From the IMG/VR virus record IMGVR_UViG_3300032236_000548, positions 1 through 64,000 of that record: a stretch of DNA of 64,000 nucleotides. One strand, written 5' to 3'. The notes below the pieces were generated by a model, which did not search any database, was not told where the DNA came from, and saw nothing but the letters and a program-made list of their open reading frames with translations. Every line of letters begins with the position of its first letter. The stretch's first letter is position 1. The DNA comes from a virus. This document shows, piece by piece, positions 56,701 to 64,000 of the stretch. The position numbers and the translations under genes were made by a program.

Positions 56701-58692
56701 AAATTAAACGATGTAGCTACTGGTGCTATTGCAACTTATGTAAGTTTCAGTAGCGTAGGAAATACTGTAACATTGCAAGGTGTTTATGGTACTATTGTTC
56801 CAGGCATGGTTATTAGTGGAACTGGATTTAGTGGTGGACAAGTTGTTTTAAGTGTAAACATAACACCGGGTGCAACTTCAGCAATTGGTGGTAGCGGTAC
56901 TGTTACTCTAAACGGTCCATATAACACTACTCCTAACGGTGTATTAACATTTAATAATCTTGCAAATGGTAACTTCATTGTTTACGATTCAACATTTAAT
57001 CAATGGACTAACATTGTTCCGCCAACTGGTACAAGTAATAATAACCAAGTTGCTATTACATACACCCATGGAACTCCAGGATATTTGACTGCAACTATTC
57101 AACCAGGTGTTATTGTTAACTCAATGGTTAGTACTAGTGCGGCAATTGCACAAAGCAAGTTAGCATTGCAACCTGCAACTGCACAACCTGCAGGACAAAG
57201 TTCTTATGTACAAAGTACATTAGGCCTAAGTAGCTTCAACAATCAAGTGTTTACTTCAACTAATGGTTGGATTAATTTAGCTCAAGCTAATAGTGTCACT
57301 GCTACTTACGTGTCAGGCGGTACTTCAGGTACTACAATGACTGTGTCTAGTACAACTAACATTGTACCAGGAATGATTGTAACTGGACTTGGTTTTACAA
57401 GTTATACACAAACTGTTGTTAGCGTTCCTAATGGAACTACACTTATTCTAAGTGCTGTTGCTGACGGAGTTCCAAGTGGTACATTACAATTCTCAAATAG
57501 CGGTATTGGTTTAAGTTACTTACAACAAATTGGTACTGGGTACGTGTTAGGTAACAGAAGCGGTATTTCTGCAAGCCCACAATTAATTACTCCAGGTAAC
57601 ATTGTTGCTGACGGTGATGGTTTGAAGAATGCATTGTTCAGCATACCAAATACTGTTAGTTCAAACGTTAACGCAGTAGCAATGCTAGCATTGTATGACG
57701 GTGCAACTACTACAAATAACCAATACGGTGTTATCGGTATTACTACTACTGGTGTTGCTAGTAAGTTAGTTAAGACTGGTTCTGATGGTTCAATTAGTGC
57801 GGCATTGATTAACGTAGGTGGCTACAAAGCAATTACATCTAGCGGTAGTACAATTAGTTTCTACACACCTGGACAGTTCTCATTCATGAGTAGTCAGGAC
57901 GTTAGTGGTAGTAGTACAACTACTATCAACGGTGTGTTGAATGCGGCTGGTACATTAATTACAACTACACTTGAAACTGGTGCTAGTGTTGCTACTACAG
58001 GTACAATTACTGGTCAATGGAGTTTAGGTGCGTTAAGCTCAATTAACGCAAGTGCTGGTACATTACAGTCTAACAACCTAACATCTGGTAGTGCAAGTAC
58101 AGCTGGTACATTTACTGGTTTGTGGACATTTGCTCAAGCTACTACAATGTCAAGTAATTTAACTGTTAATGGCACTATTGTAACTCCAACAATCAGCAGT
58201 CCAACAATTAGTGGCGCTATTACAACTACTAATATCACAACAGGCGATGCGTATACTGCTGGTACTATTACTGGTGCATGGAGCTTAAGTGCTAACAGTA
58301 CATTACAAGCTACTTACGCTGACTTAGCTGAGTATTACGAAGGCGATGCACAGTATGAGCCGGGAACTGTTTTAGTGTTTGGCGGTGACAAAGAAGTCAC
58401 AACAACTGACATGATTAATGATACACGTTCAGCTGGTGTAGTAACAACAAACCCAGCGTATGTAATGAACTCAGAACAAACTGGTATTAAAGTTTGTCTA
58501 GCACTTGCAGGACGTATTCCATGTAAAGTTGTAGGCCGTGTTAAGAAAGGAGACATGTTAACTACAAGTGCTACTCCTGGATATGCTGTTAAAGCATTGA
58601 CTCCAACACTAGGTGCTATTATTGGTAAGGCATTAGAGGATAAAGACTACGGCGAGGCCGGAGTAATTCAAATTGCTGTAGGGAGAGCATAA
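44725..58692 (+). CDS. Giant virion (baseplate/tail-fibre) protein, 4655 aa
   Basis: T4 gp9/gp10-like N-terminus (IG..NDGTGD.IR.F.K.N.NF); internal repeats; C-terminal ADLAEYY..GTV..GVV..PA..AGR.P.KV chaperone/autocleavage-like domain. Confidence 0.8.
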   Translation: MTQQIIDIGIQGNDGTGDSIRTSFNKVNQNFTEIYAIFGAGGSIKFGNLADAPGSSTFTIVSASGNGTQATLNFANPNPGLGLPFSIGQNIVITGTLPSGYNGAYTVTNATPTSVTFANTTTAAITQTGKIAGTAYSSNQVIMASTTGNSLTARDIVGINGITIDASDNNQLIIGSNSGGLITDPQPTLGTHMNADQFIIGNLADPDPSLVTQFNAVFASKGYTTTIGQMAVTVNYANNHYLQVTNGQVVGPLRVRAQPTVAQTNDPDYDPTLSGNYVSTEAIQRKDAILRSGDKMAGTLTLSDHPGSMAGAGTPNGADDLQAATKFYVDNNTHYSNVNLYVSTGGDDTQRKTPLGREGRAPQYAYKTVGAAALQAQNLINLSFTEPGPYRQTVAYTIGPSQYTSSVTSVSFSGGNSGIQGYLDAASLLESNKTFIQNETLAYLNQKYVNTFTFDKTRYSNIISDIVDGVAYDLVLGTNFNSTTQASILFNAYNSDVVGNLSTIIAAIQNAESQILNYSYNTDNTRTYIGKVINALCYDLEFGSNFQSIQVGLGFKYANTGLETTPTVINTVATATSGTAIGTDSSISGTTLVVGGSVTGTFAVGMTLSGIGITPGTTITALGTGTGGAGSYTISTSYSGGLSHVRVTGVNNRITVSSTQSMVVGSAIVFTGTSFGNLIAGNTYYINSIPDSANITISSSFGGSDYSLATATGSMVANTTAPSEIASALTNLANQITLLPAVSSTPSIVNSINAILKNISDIIVTGTLPAPTYPPVTTGTGFSYNSAKCARDVGLIVNAVLDDIIFNTNYRSLTAAFAYLRSYSNVVTTSQKAQTIAGINNARDQIIALVSSNNAAVTAITGKFGIITTIINNVSASGAPSVSFTNPGNTAVGIVNGAAELQSNRQFLIDETIAYVKANLSPNSIPLYDETSCRRDTGYIVDALTFDLLYGGNSATVVAADAYFNGVTSTISQETTAVASAFTHLQAIIGNIIQANTSWTKTTGNVTNQSTVVGVGSPAAASTVSTLLGYVIAIVNGGTSAGPAVIAPTYANGVNYSSYSSVQTTILSSLTSIESNVITFLNETYVSSTGQVSAVNLLLNNINFIQAEIVAYLLANYPTVTYNKATCQRDVKYIIWALCYDITYGGNSQSIYAGLQYWINNAYQIAGYEQAATVSAIGYLGTIAQNIVQNQTPVKLYQTGVIQYANTTLSGGSVATSSINTNIGTIQSIVASSSQPSVSVTYPTTSAVASTLTTAVAAITADTTTLESNAITYIDTNFPVLNNSIQKTTITNLFNTVTNILNGGIGSRTRPTYATTGFSSSIVQAQSAILANIDFITAETNAWINSQYPGVTYDPVASARDLSFVLEAIVYDITYGGSAATTQAANQYYANGVAQLVTGLPSVCSAALNHALNVTQNVVSNSLVTPSAGNYITTTGASGDGVNVTITFAPQATPPYSIGQVIAIQGVTPTGYNTNNGAGVTVTNCTTTSVTFASTASGAQTIAGKITKQVLNSSWTQSYAQSAVVNTLFGIVTGVIGSNSVATPVYPVITSYDNALQATFGIITNNTYTISNNVVTYLTNTFSGGFSYNEATCYRDLGYIIDGQVIDLLTDGTYQSITAGKSYYKNVSAKAIAIGSQYSETVDGIQFAQQLAIQVLNQTVQTRYQTLISQVTDNTKNATVGTNVATGTFVSNTTTTLTLTSITGVIVPGMVITGTGFTNSTPVTITSILNSSTVSISAAPAGTPSGTITLTATPVTTLNANMNTIISIINGGVGAAPTPSFGSGYYTVTFSNGGNGYVDQGQAGSNHIIPGKILVGDTSSSYGQIVSYVPGVSSNNDTVTLNMTRPGFFAYIPTTATATAGSTTLTVTATSYTTAFNSTSNIVVGLGVTGVNIPLGATVTAIIGNTVTISTPTLGILTSSNVVFGELLDFGETVSEQNITIYVESGIYYEDYPIKLSANVTIRGDDFRRTIIRPLNRISQSPWRNVFFYRDTIIDGMQLGLINFSGTDYAAATGSGATLSGTTGNITITLTTGQASPTWIGKVIVDQTSETGIAGKAVINTVSGNVMNCTVVYPFAAVITYPSGSWHMYDTINYGRHYLTNPSLPESPSNPALNNKLMDVFLTNDANRVKLITCQGHGGFMMVLDPEGQIKTKSPYAQESASFSGSINRKRFAGGQFIDGFAGRLFGTITGVSNSGYTITVTGSTNSGLDVRAPQTPCAFYVQGNRYQINNVLSYNNTTATVVLGLDTSTPFYPSATYSNSLLYSNIASVVDGISYDMAFGSNYQSIKTGITFLQPANSVVGLSESIITQSFSYVATQINALPGVDSPGKTAINNNVTIINNIINNGIFGNSTAGIPTVVFPNPANVTANVSNAKLLLQANKAFIQAEVVARVSANYNVGGFAGYSALTLSNNIGFAIDAITYDLLYGGTSSVYDVAQWMYFPALATLYTAAMGYLGTVAGQIVQKTNVTRTNGNTLFQVTTGYTAATSTQATTITSLCAVLADYTTDGTFGSSTRTLPTVSSTTTTSSLATDFNNIQTAKSTLQSTTITYANNGSGIVINIEMGGNKSMLANDFTQINDLGYGILCTNAGLTEQVSTFTYYCYTAYWALNGGQIRSVAGSNSNGVFGLRGTGSDVTELPNAVNLAYNMVQSARVYKQGAYSTAMQPTSTQQALTVYITNWEYLPAGTSELEIDHTLAGGGIARYEISTVAHTPVNVNGQNVLSLTLSTSGNNQTSASGLQYALYDGQIVTIRVLSNIKFYNISNVKPVRPSTALQYSNNLASIYRIIAYNLTEATGEALPAHQSLLQMDTSFAYYKFVVDTTNMYNADPSVYITLGTVALSPASTIGTTLYVVTSSLTNGAPVVGQYVGGYGYQNCVVTNVTTSGANTVITTSTPPSVAPVGNVWFSTTTMGAQVGDNKIAVLQISDTATISQLNSGTYVFGWAGRTHRVISYVVPQTIASGSFGTGSTSSYTLVVNNVAGTITPGQIVTGNGFNGTQTVSSVSTSIITGTSNIQATITLSAYPSSTPSGTITFGGANTNGYLQIDPNPVINISAVGTGVSAMTYQSNTLETGSTTSKIVTFNLPYNSLYTYPPVDSFLTVTGNANAKYNGSYQVTSFTNASQLTVASTTSLQVGMVVSTSTSGAFIESSVTNPSGTTIIQSIDSPTQFTVAPAIWAPVGTTINAILVATVASITISNAGSGYTSAPTIIFSGGGAASQALATCSIVNGSISQVVLVSPGYGYTSVPTITLSGNSGSVFNTTIGTNLITLNSSANLQVNQVIIFGGSVFGGIVSGTQYYIASINGNQITISASTGGVGIITLTTASGAGMTWSTPGNAVLTPVLTSSPTAVVTTLAGSDVLQLSLLYPTDPGTSGNATATSNAVATLSTSSINSSGVLTVGTVSGTVAAGMVLTGGPNTGSGIAQINSYATTATSGNGTTVTISFSAQTFVPYAVGQTIFVSGVTPAGYNGTYIVTAATTSSVSYTNATTGAQTIAGTVASNVYTYITANISGSGAGSTWQTATSQGTNFTVASSTITGTNNLVTLSSNTNVSVGNTITFAGTAFGNLSVATVSAGSFVVGQTYTITSVGSNTTTTTTTNFTLIGAPNNNVGTVFTATGAGSGSGQGLITYYITEVIGSSVGISAVKGGTNVTLTGATGASLTYYTPGYTFGTSYTATTFGSVSGTGPYLVTLNIPTTTAPTTSVYYYVSGNSNALYNGYWQATSSTTTSITLSYPYNPGTYGISSITTVTREATSATSSSLGLARPFNPNSSTTLRLGYPATGGAQITVRISTCRATGHDFLDIGTGGFITTNYPNQIYGNAALSANESNDVVEETTGRVFHVSTDQNGIFRVGRFFKVDQGTGTVTFSASIALSNLDGLGFKRGVVVSEFSTDPYMTENAADVVPVQSAVRSFMDYRLGLDYGGSPVPTSGLIGPGFLPLNGVLSMKGNLNMASYTIGNLTMPVSNVTQYDAANRGYVDANATALNNLYKLNDVATGAIATYVSFSSVGNTVTLQGVYGTIVPGMVISGTGFSGGQVVLSVNITPGATSAIGGSGTVTLNGPYNTTPNGVLTFNNLANGNFIVYDSTFNQWTNIVPPTGTSNNNQVAITYTHGTPGYLTATIQPGVIVNSMVSTSAAIAQSKLALQPATAQPAGQSSYVQSTLGLSSFNNQVFTSTNGWINLAQANSVTATYVSGGTSGTTMTVSSTTNIVPGMIVTGLGFTSYTQTVVSVPNGTTLILSAVADGVPSGTLQFSNSGIGLSYLQQIGTGYVLGNRSGISASPQLITPGNIVADGDGLKNALFSIPNTVSSNVNAVAMLALYDGATTTNNQYGVIGITTTGVASKLVKTGSDGSISAALINVGGYKAITSSGSTISFYTPGQFSFMSSQDVSGSSTTTINGVLNAAGTLITTTLETGASVATTGTITGQWSLGALSSINASAGTLQSNNLTSGSASTAGTFTGLWTFAQATTMSSNLTVNGTIVTPTISSPTISGAITTTNITTGDAYTAGTITGAWSLSANSTLQATYADLAEYYEGDAQYEPGTVLVFGGDKEVTTTDMINDTRSAGVVTTNPAYVMNSEQTGIKVCLALAGRIPCKVVGRVKKGDMLTTSATPGYAVKALTPTLGAIIGKALEDKDYGEAGVIQIAVGRA

Positions 58693-59180
58693 TGAGTCGA
58701 CAATCTATAAACATTGGACAGTCTGCAAACGATCGCAACGGAGATCCGTTGCGTACAGCATTTAATAAAATAAATGCCAACTTTATTGAGTTATATGGAA
58801 ACTTAACCACATACTTGCCAAGCCCGACTGGAAATGGTGGGAAGTTTTTAACAACAGATGGTAGTTCATTAATTTGGCAAACATTACCGACCCCTGCTCC
58901 TAGTTCGGCACCAATTACTGCCAGTGCAACTGCTCCAAATAGTCATCCAGATGGTACTCTTTGGTACGACGAAGTCAGTGGCAGATTGTATGTATATTAT
59001 GATGGCGGATGGGTCGATGCTAGTCCGCGTGGTGTTGGTGTTGCCGCCAGTGTTGGGTTAGGTACAAAAGCCGCTAACGATACAGGAACTGCTGGGCAGA
59101 TAAGTTACGATGCAAATTACATATATATTTGTACAGCAACGAACACATGGAAAAGATCACCATTGACTGGTGGATATTAA
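58692..59180 (+). CDS. Virion fibre/baseplate-associated protein
   Basis: gp9/gp10-like N-terminus; AP..G.LWYD..GRLYVY; G..GQI.YD.NYIY.C.A.NTWKR. Confidence 0.7.
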   Translation: MSRQSINIGQSANDRNGDPLRTAFNKINANFIELYGNLTTYLPSPTGNGGKFLTTDGSSLIWQTLPTPAPSSAPITASATAPNSHPDGTLWYDEVSGRLYVYYDGGWVDASPRGVGVAASVGLGTKAANDTGTAGQISYDANYIYICTATNTWKRSPLTGGY

Positions 59181-59195
59181 TTAAGGACACAATCG

Positions 59196-62100
59196 ATGGC
59201 AATTTTAAATTTCCCAGATCATCCGCAGACTGGTGATCAATATACAGGTGATAACGGTACTACTTATATATTTGATGGTGTTAAATGGTTAGGGACCGCA
59301 GGTGCAGGAACTAGTGGCACTAATAGTATTGTTAACAATGGTAATACTGTTCAAATAGACAGTACTGGTAAGTTAGTATTACCCGCATACTCATTACCTA
59401 ACACTACAGGTACAGCAGGGCAAGTATTGGTATGGCCAGGAAGTGGCACAACATTAACATGGGCTACACAAAGTGGCAGTGGCGGAGGTAGCGGATCTAG
59501 TTTAACTAACGGCGGTTACTCGGTATCATTAGGTGTTGACGGTTACTTAAATTTACCTAACGGACTAGATACTGCTGGTGCATTGTTACAGAGCGCAAGT
59601 CCTATAAGAGTTAACAGCAACGGTCATTTCTGGACATTTGGAGCAGACGGCAAACTATCGTTTCCTCCCACAGTAGCTTCTCCAGTAGGTACAACAACTC
59701 AAGCGTTTGGTATGGGCAATTTGTTTGCTTGGGAAGACGGCGACAATTGGACTATTGCTACTGGTAATCCTAGTACTGGTGCATTTGGAGAAACTGGCAT
59801 CAGCATCAGTCCAGGTATTGAAAGTAATGCTTATCTAAATCTTCCTTCTGACACAGATATCGGCAATGGGGCAACAACAACGCTGGCCAACTTTAGCGGC
59901 AATGTTGTGATACAGTCCGCCGATGGTAACTGGGTATTTGGTAAAGATAATTCAACAATATTCCCTAACAGCACCCTAACCACTGACAAATTATCTATAC
60001 AAGGTGCTCCATATACTATACAAATCACAGACAGCGGCGGTGTATGGCCTCCTGCTGTTAATACATACACAAGACTACCTGGGCTTGGAGATCCAAAATG
60101 GGTTCCAGCTAATTACAATGCCAGCAGTGACTCTTATATAACATTTTCTAATGGCCTTTGGGCACTTAGTAGTCCAAGTTTCCCTCATCCTGTTTATGTA
60201 AACACAGGAACACTATACGCTCCTTCAGCAACTTGGAATCCTGATACACAATTTGGTCTTGGATCTGGTAACCCCACAGGTGCTTATACCTACAACACTT
60301 GGTTATTTGATTCTAATGGAGATTTAACAGCACCAGGCGATATTGTTGTTGGTGGCGGCCTCAACGCCGGCGGACAAGAACAACACTTTATCATTGACAG
60401 TTCTAACTACTGGACCAGCATCCAGTGGAAAAACTTTGCCAATCCTCAAGATCCTGGTACTACGCCGTTTGAATGTCAAGCACAGTTGCTAAGAGTATTT
60501 GCCAACAATAATACAGTCACTAGTGAGTGTAATGTTCAAAATCCTCGTGAAGAACTAGTAGCAGTAACAGTTGTTCGACCTGATAATACAAACTACAATG
60601 GTTTGATGATCAGTACCAGCGAAAGAAAAATTCCAGATGCTCCGTACAATGACGGAACTGGTGCAAGACACGATTTCTTATTTGGTGGTGATGGTTATCT
60701 AACTATGGAAAGCCTACACCTACAAGGTCACTTAAAAGGTGTAGATGGTAGCACCGGTTCAACAGGACAAGTATTAACACGTCAAAGCAATGGAGGCGCG
60801 GCTTGGGCAAATGCCACAGGAGGAAGTGGTAGTGTAGTATTCCGCACTGTTAGCTATCCAGCAGGTGCAGATGGTGATACACAGGGCACAATCGCTGTTG
60901 ACAACACTGGTAAAATTTATCTGTGTCTCACAACTTGGGCGGCGTCAAGTACAGTAACTTATAGCGCAACTAACAACACAGACTATGCTATCAGTCAAAG
61001 CGCCGGGCATCTTCTTATGTATCAAATAACTCCGTCAACCTTGCCAGACATACAGGCATTGTTTGGTACGTTTAACAACTATCAATATAACTATCCAACT
61101 CCCGGTGACTTTACACTAGAAGTTCCAGGCATCACTGGTCCTAGAACTGTTACCGCTTGTGGATATCTTTCAGGTAGCGGCGATATATGGTTTGATATTG
61201 CCTATGTGTCAGGAGATCCTACAACAGTTTCAATCGGTGATGCAGTAACAATTCACTATACTCCACAACAGCCTGCTATTTGGGAAAAAGTTGGAGCCAC
61301 CGGTAATATTAAATTTGACGGACAAAATATTAGCACTGACGTTGGCTCAAGCATCTACATAAAGTCAACCAGCGACTCAACAGATGATACCGAAGTTGAC
61401 ATTGGTACACATTATGTTGACATTTACACCTATAATGACACTTCAGGTAGTTCAGCAGAACTATACATAAACAATGCTGATCATGCTAATCCCTACGCTT
61501 ATATCTATACACAAGCACACAACAGTGCCTCTAAACAATGGACATTTAACAAGGATGGTAACATTGTATTTCCAGATAACACAGTACAGACCACTGCCTA
61601 TGTACCTGGATCTACTGATCCATTGATATGGGCAGTACAAGCCGTATCGAATACCAAAGCAACTTTCATGCAAGCAGTGACTCACGACAGCGTAGGCAAC
61701 GCTATCGCGCTGATGTGGCAAGGTAACTGGAATGGTCCCGGCGAAGGCAAAGCCACTATAGTCAAACTAGACGACCACGGTAACCCAGTATGGGCTATAG
61801 ACCTAGCCGATGGCAACAGCGTTAACCCTTGGAGTTTATGCTGTGACGCTAACAATGATGTATATGTAATTACACAGCGAGTCAATGGCAGTGGCTATTA
61901 CAACAACGCCGTGGTAAAATTAAGCACTAGTAATGGTGGCATCTTGTGGCAAACTGATATACAGGATTCACAGAACTCTAATAATATGCAGGCTGTGCCA
62001 ATGGTGTATAGTTCAGGCGAACTTAGTTTCAATGGCATTGTAATTGCTGGTACTGCCTATAACGGAACAGACAATGATTTCTTTGTAACATTTATTAACA

Positions 62101-63569
62101 ACGACGGCTCAGTACCTGCTCCATCGGTTTTACTTGGCGATCAATATGAGCAGGCGGCATATAGTGTAGCAGTTAATAATACTACAGGTGATATTTTATT
62201 TGTGGGTAGAAAACAGAGTAATACTGACGCACACTATTATCTGGAGATGGTTAAACTCAACATTGCAAGCCCAAGTCCTGGTTGGCAAAAACAAGTTTCA
62301 GTAACTGGTGACAATTATAATGTTCAAGGTACCGACTGCTGTTTACTAGCAGATGGTAACTGGGCTATACTGGCCACACACGGTCACAGCAGTGGCGCTG
62401 GCATTATAACTATGAAGGTCAGTAATACCGATGGTAGTGTTATGTGGAGTAGAGAAGTTAGTCAAGGCTGTCAGGCAGTTAGCTCTAGTTTAACCACAGG
62501 CAGTGATGGAAATATTTACATTTCGGGAATAACTTTCAATGGACAAACTATTCCCCCATATGGCTTACCGTTAACCAGCAGAGTAGTAGCAGCCTATAAC
62601 ACCAGCGGCACTAGCCTGTGGCAAAAATGGTTTGGAGCACCGGGTAGCAATTCACTTGTTGATGGTAACTCCTTTAACAGCATAGGTTTCGCGGGTAAAC
62701 TTTTATCAATATCTAACGATCACCTACTTCTAGGATCATCTCTTCTTACATTCCCCGACGGTTCATATCCTTCAACATCAATAGGTGTTGTTGTACAAAT
62801 TCCAACAGGCAGTGACAATCAAGTAATTGGACCATTTGAACTTACCAACAGTAATTTATCGGGTACTAGTGTTGCAATGACTGTGGCAGATACTGAATTT
62901 ACCTTTAGTCAAGGTAGTCAAACGTTTGGTTCAGGATCAACAATATCTGGTACTAACAGTTCAGTATCTTGGACAAAATTTAACTCGGGCGTTAGACCAA
63001 ATCAGCTAGCCGCTAGCACCAAGACTCTAACACTACAGACAAATGGTTTGCTAGTTGATGAAAATATCAGAAGCATCACAGGTGAGTTTAACGGCCTTAC
63101 TGAAAACACTGGTAACTATAGCAACAGCCAAATTTCAATTAGAAATGCTTCGGGTTACAAACGTATCAACAACTTGGACAGCGCACCGCAGACTTGGTTT
63201 AATGTCAGCGATGTGGCCACTCAGTTAGGAGTCAATCAATACTGGATTACCAGTGTAAGTATGGAATTCCAAGTGACCAGCAGTGGACTTGGTAACAGCG
63301 GTGACGTCTGTACAATGGTAGGAACTATTTTAATGGCTCACGACTATAGTTGGGGCAGAAACAGTGTCACACACACTGAAACAGCTATCTATGGCAACGA
63401 CGATAACGCAGACGCTTATGTATTTGCTAACTTGGAACTATGGAATGCACCAAATGGTAATATGCAATTGAAAACCTACAGAACTGACGGCAACAGTGGA
63501 CAACAGCTAGACATTATGTGGACAGCTCGAGTCTTTATTAACCCAATGCTGGTAGAAAGATACTGCTAA
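59196..63569 (+). CDS. Large virion/receptor-binding protein with probable beta-propeller
   Basis: NFP..P..G..Y..NG.TY.FDG.KW N-terminus, W.F..DG repeats, KL...G...W propeller blades. Confidence 0.7.
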   Translation: MAILNFPDHPQTGDQYTGDNGTTYIFDGVKWLGTAGAGTSGTNSIVNNGNTVQIDSTGKLVLPAYSLPNTTGTAGQVLVWPGSGTTLTWATQSGSGGGSGSSLTNGGYSVSLGVDGYLNLPNGLDTAGALLQSASPIRVNSNGHFWTFGADGKLSFPPTVASPVGTTTQAFGMGNLFAWEDGDNWTIATGNPSTGAFGETGISISPGIESNAYLNLPSDTDIGNGATTTLANFSGNVVIQSADGNWVFGKDNSTIFPNSTLTTDKLSIQGAPYTIQITDSGGVWPPAVNTYTRLPGLGDPKWVPANYNASSDSYITFSNGLWALSSPSFPHPVYVNTGTLYAPSATWNPDTQFGLGSGNPTGAYTYNTWLFDSNGDLTAPGDIVVGGGLNAGGQEQHFIIDSSNYWTSIQWKNFANPQDPGTTPFECQAQLLRVFANNNTVTSECNVQNPREELVAVTVVRPDNTNYNGLMISTSERKIPDAPYNDGTGARHDFLFGGDGYLTMESLHLQGHLKGVDGSTGSTGQVLTRQSNGGAAWANATGGSGSVVFRTVSYPAGADGDTQGTIAVDNTGKIYLCLTTWAASSTVTYSATNNTDYAISQSAGHLLMYQITPSTLPDIQALFGTFNNYQYNYPTPGDFTLEVPGITGPRTVTACGYLSGSGDIWFDIAYVSGDPTTVSIGDAVTIHYTPQQPAIWEKVGATGNIKFDGQNISTDVGSSIYIKSTSDSTDDTEVDIGTHYVDIYTYNDTSGSSAELYINNADHANPYAYIYTQAHNSASKQWTFNKDGNIVFPDNTVQTTAYVPGSTDPLIWAVQAVSNTKATFMQAVTHDSVGNAIALMWQGNWNGPGEGKATIVKLDDHGNPVWAIDLADGNSVNPWSLCCDANNDVYVITQRVNGSGYYNNAVVKLSTSNGGILWQTDIQDSQNSNNMQAVPMVYSSGELSFNGIVIAGTAYNGTDNDFFVTFINNDGSVPAPSVLLGDQYEQAAYSVAVNNTTGDILFVGRKQSNTDAHYYLEMVKLNIASPSPGWQKQVSVTGDNYNVQGTDCCLLADGNWAILATHGHSSGAGIITMKVSNTDGSVMWSREVSQGCQAVSSSLTTGSDGNIYISGITFNGQTIPPYGLPLTSRVVAAYNTSGTSLWQKWFGAPGSNSLVDGNSFNSIGFAGKLLSISNDHLLLGSSLLTFPDGSYPSTSIGVVVQIPTGSDNQVIGPFELTNSNLSGTSVAMTVADTEFTFSQGSQTFGSGSTISGTNSSVSWTKFNSGVRPNQLAASTKTLTLQTNGLLVDENIRSITGEFNGLTENTGNYSNSQISIRNASGYKRINNLDSAPQTWFNVSDVATQLGVNQYWITSVSMEFQVTSSGLGNSGDVCTMVGTILMAHDYSWGRNSVTHTETAIYGNDDNADAYVFANLELWNAPNGNMQLKTYRTDGNSGQQLDIMWTARVFINPMLVERYC

Positions 63570-63586
63570 TTAACTGGAAATAAAAA

Positions 63587-64000
63587 ATGACAAGAGCATA
63601 CTATAGAAGAATAACTGGATCTACAATGCAAGGTGACGGCGGCCAAGTTGCTGAAAAAGCTGGCACCTTGGTAGTCAATGCAGACGGTACACTACACCTA
63701 CACGATGGGAGTACATCCGGTGGATTGCCTCTAGTGGTAGACAGTGATTGGGTAAATCCCAACGATCATACTTGGAAGATACGTACCTACAACGATGGGG
63801 CCGCTGTGAGTTTTGATGGCACTACACCTGTGGTATGGTTTGATGTGGCTAATAGCCCATCGGGCCTAGATCAGTTCCGCGGTGCTATTATTGAGTATCA
63901 CGCTTTTACCAGTCAAGGAACAATAGTTGGAACTATTCACATAGCCGACGATTATCAACCAGGGGATGCTTTTACGCACACTGAACATATGAGTGGCAGT
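63587..64000 (+). CDS. Virion fibre protein, 3'-truncated
   Basis: Open from ATG 63587; GTLVVN.DGTL.LHDG.T.GG.PL (Mtd-N-like) motif. Confidence 0.6.
   Translation, partial: MTRAYYRRITGSTMQGDGGQVAEKAGTLVVNADGTLHLHDGSTSGGLPLVVDSDWVNPNDHTWKIRTYNDGAAVSFDGTTPVVWFDVANSPSGLDQFRGAIIEYHAFTSQGTIVGTIHIADDYQPGDAFTHTEHMSGS

Noticed and set aside
44984-61885. Many short antisense or alternative-frame ORFs within the giant genes
   Set aside because: Expected shadows of Thr/Val/Gly-rich codon bias; no RBS or motifs
59196-64000. Diversity-generating retroelement suggested by the Mtd-N-like motif
   Set aside because: No reverse transcriptase or TR/VR repeat pair visible in the window
1-64000. Stop-codon reassignment, introns or inteins as in some jumbo phages
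   Set aside because: Recognisable genes (ligase, clpP, uvsE, infA) are intact and of normal length in code 11, and coding density is high

Overview
A 64-kb, AT-rich, gene-dense and almost entirely plus-strand segment of a large, probably lytic, T4-like/jumbo dsDNA phage. The host is probably a Gram-negative proteobacterium (sigma70 promoters, lipoproteins, entericidin, IF-1, omega, ErpA). Left to right: (1) the end of a tRNA cluster (Thr, Gly, Pro, Val, Cys) interleaved with a structured ncRNA, parvulin, RNAP omega and 2OG-Fe(II) oxygenases. (2) A tandem array of three structured RNAs, each closed by a co-varying 7-bp helix followed by CAGCAA, directly upstream of a DUF2828 (TROVE/Ro60-like VWA) gene; Pth2, phosphatases, an RNA ligase and a polynucleotide kinase follow. 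This is a candidate phage Ro60/Y-RNA-like RNA-repair system and the best candidate for an undescribed system. (3) A roughly 11-kb biosynthetic-cluster-like region: DctP, a PurD-like ATP-grasp enzyme, five PP-loop paralogs, AdoMet decarboxylase, a Rieske oxygenase and a desaturase. It is followed by a tRNA-like RNA whose anticodon loop is replaced by a UUCG tetraloop. (4) Early hypothetical and lipoprotein genes, IF-1, ClpP and DNA ligase. (5) A radical-SAM cluster, QueD with a preQ1-like leader, UvsE, SOD and ErpA. (6) Giant virion/tail genes, including a 4655-aa protein with phycobiliprotein-like CxRD repeats. All calls come from motif recognition by eye; no database searches or folding programs were run.
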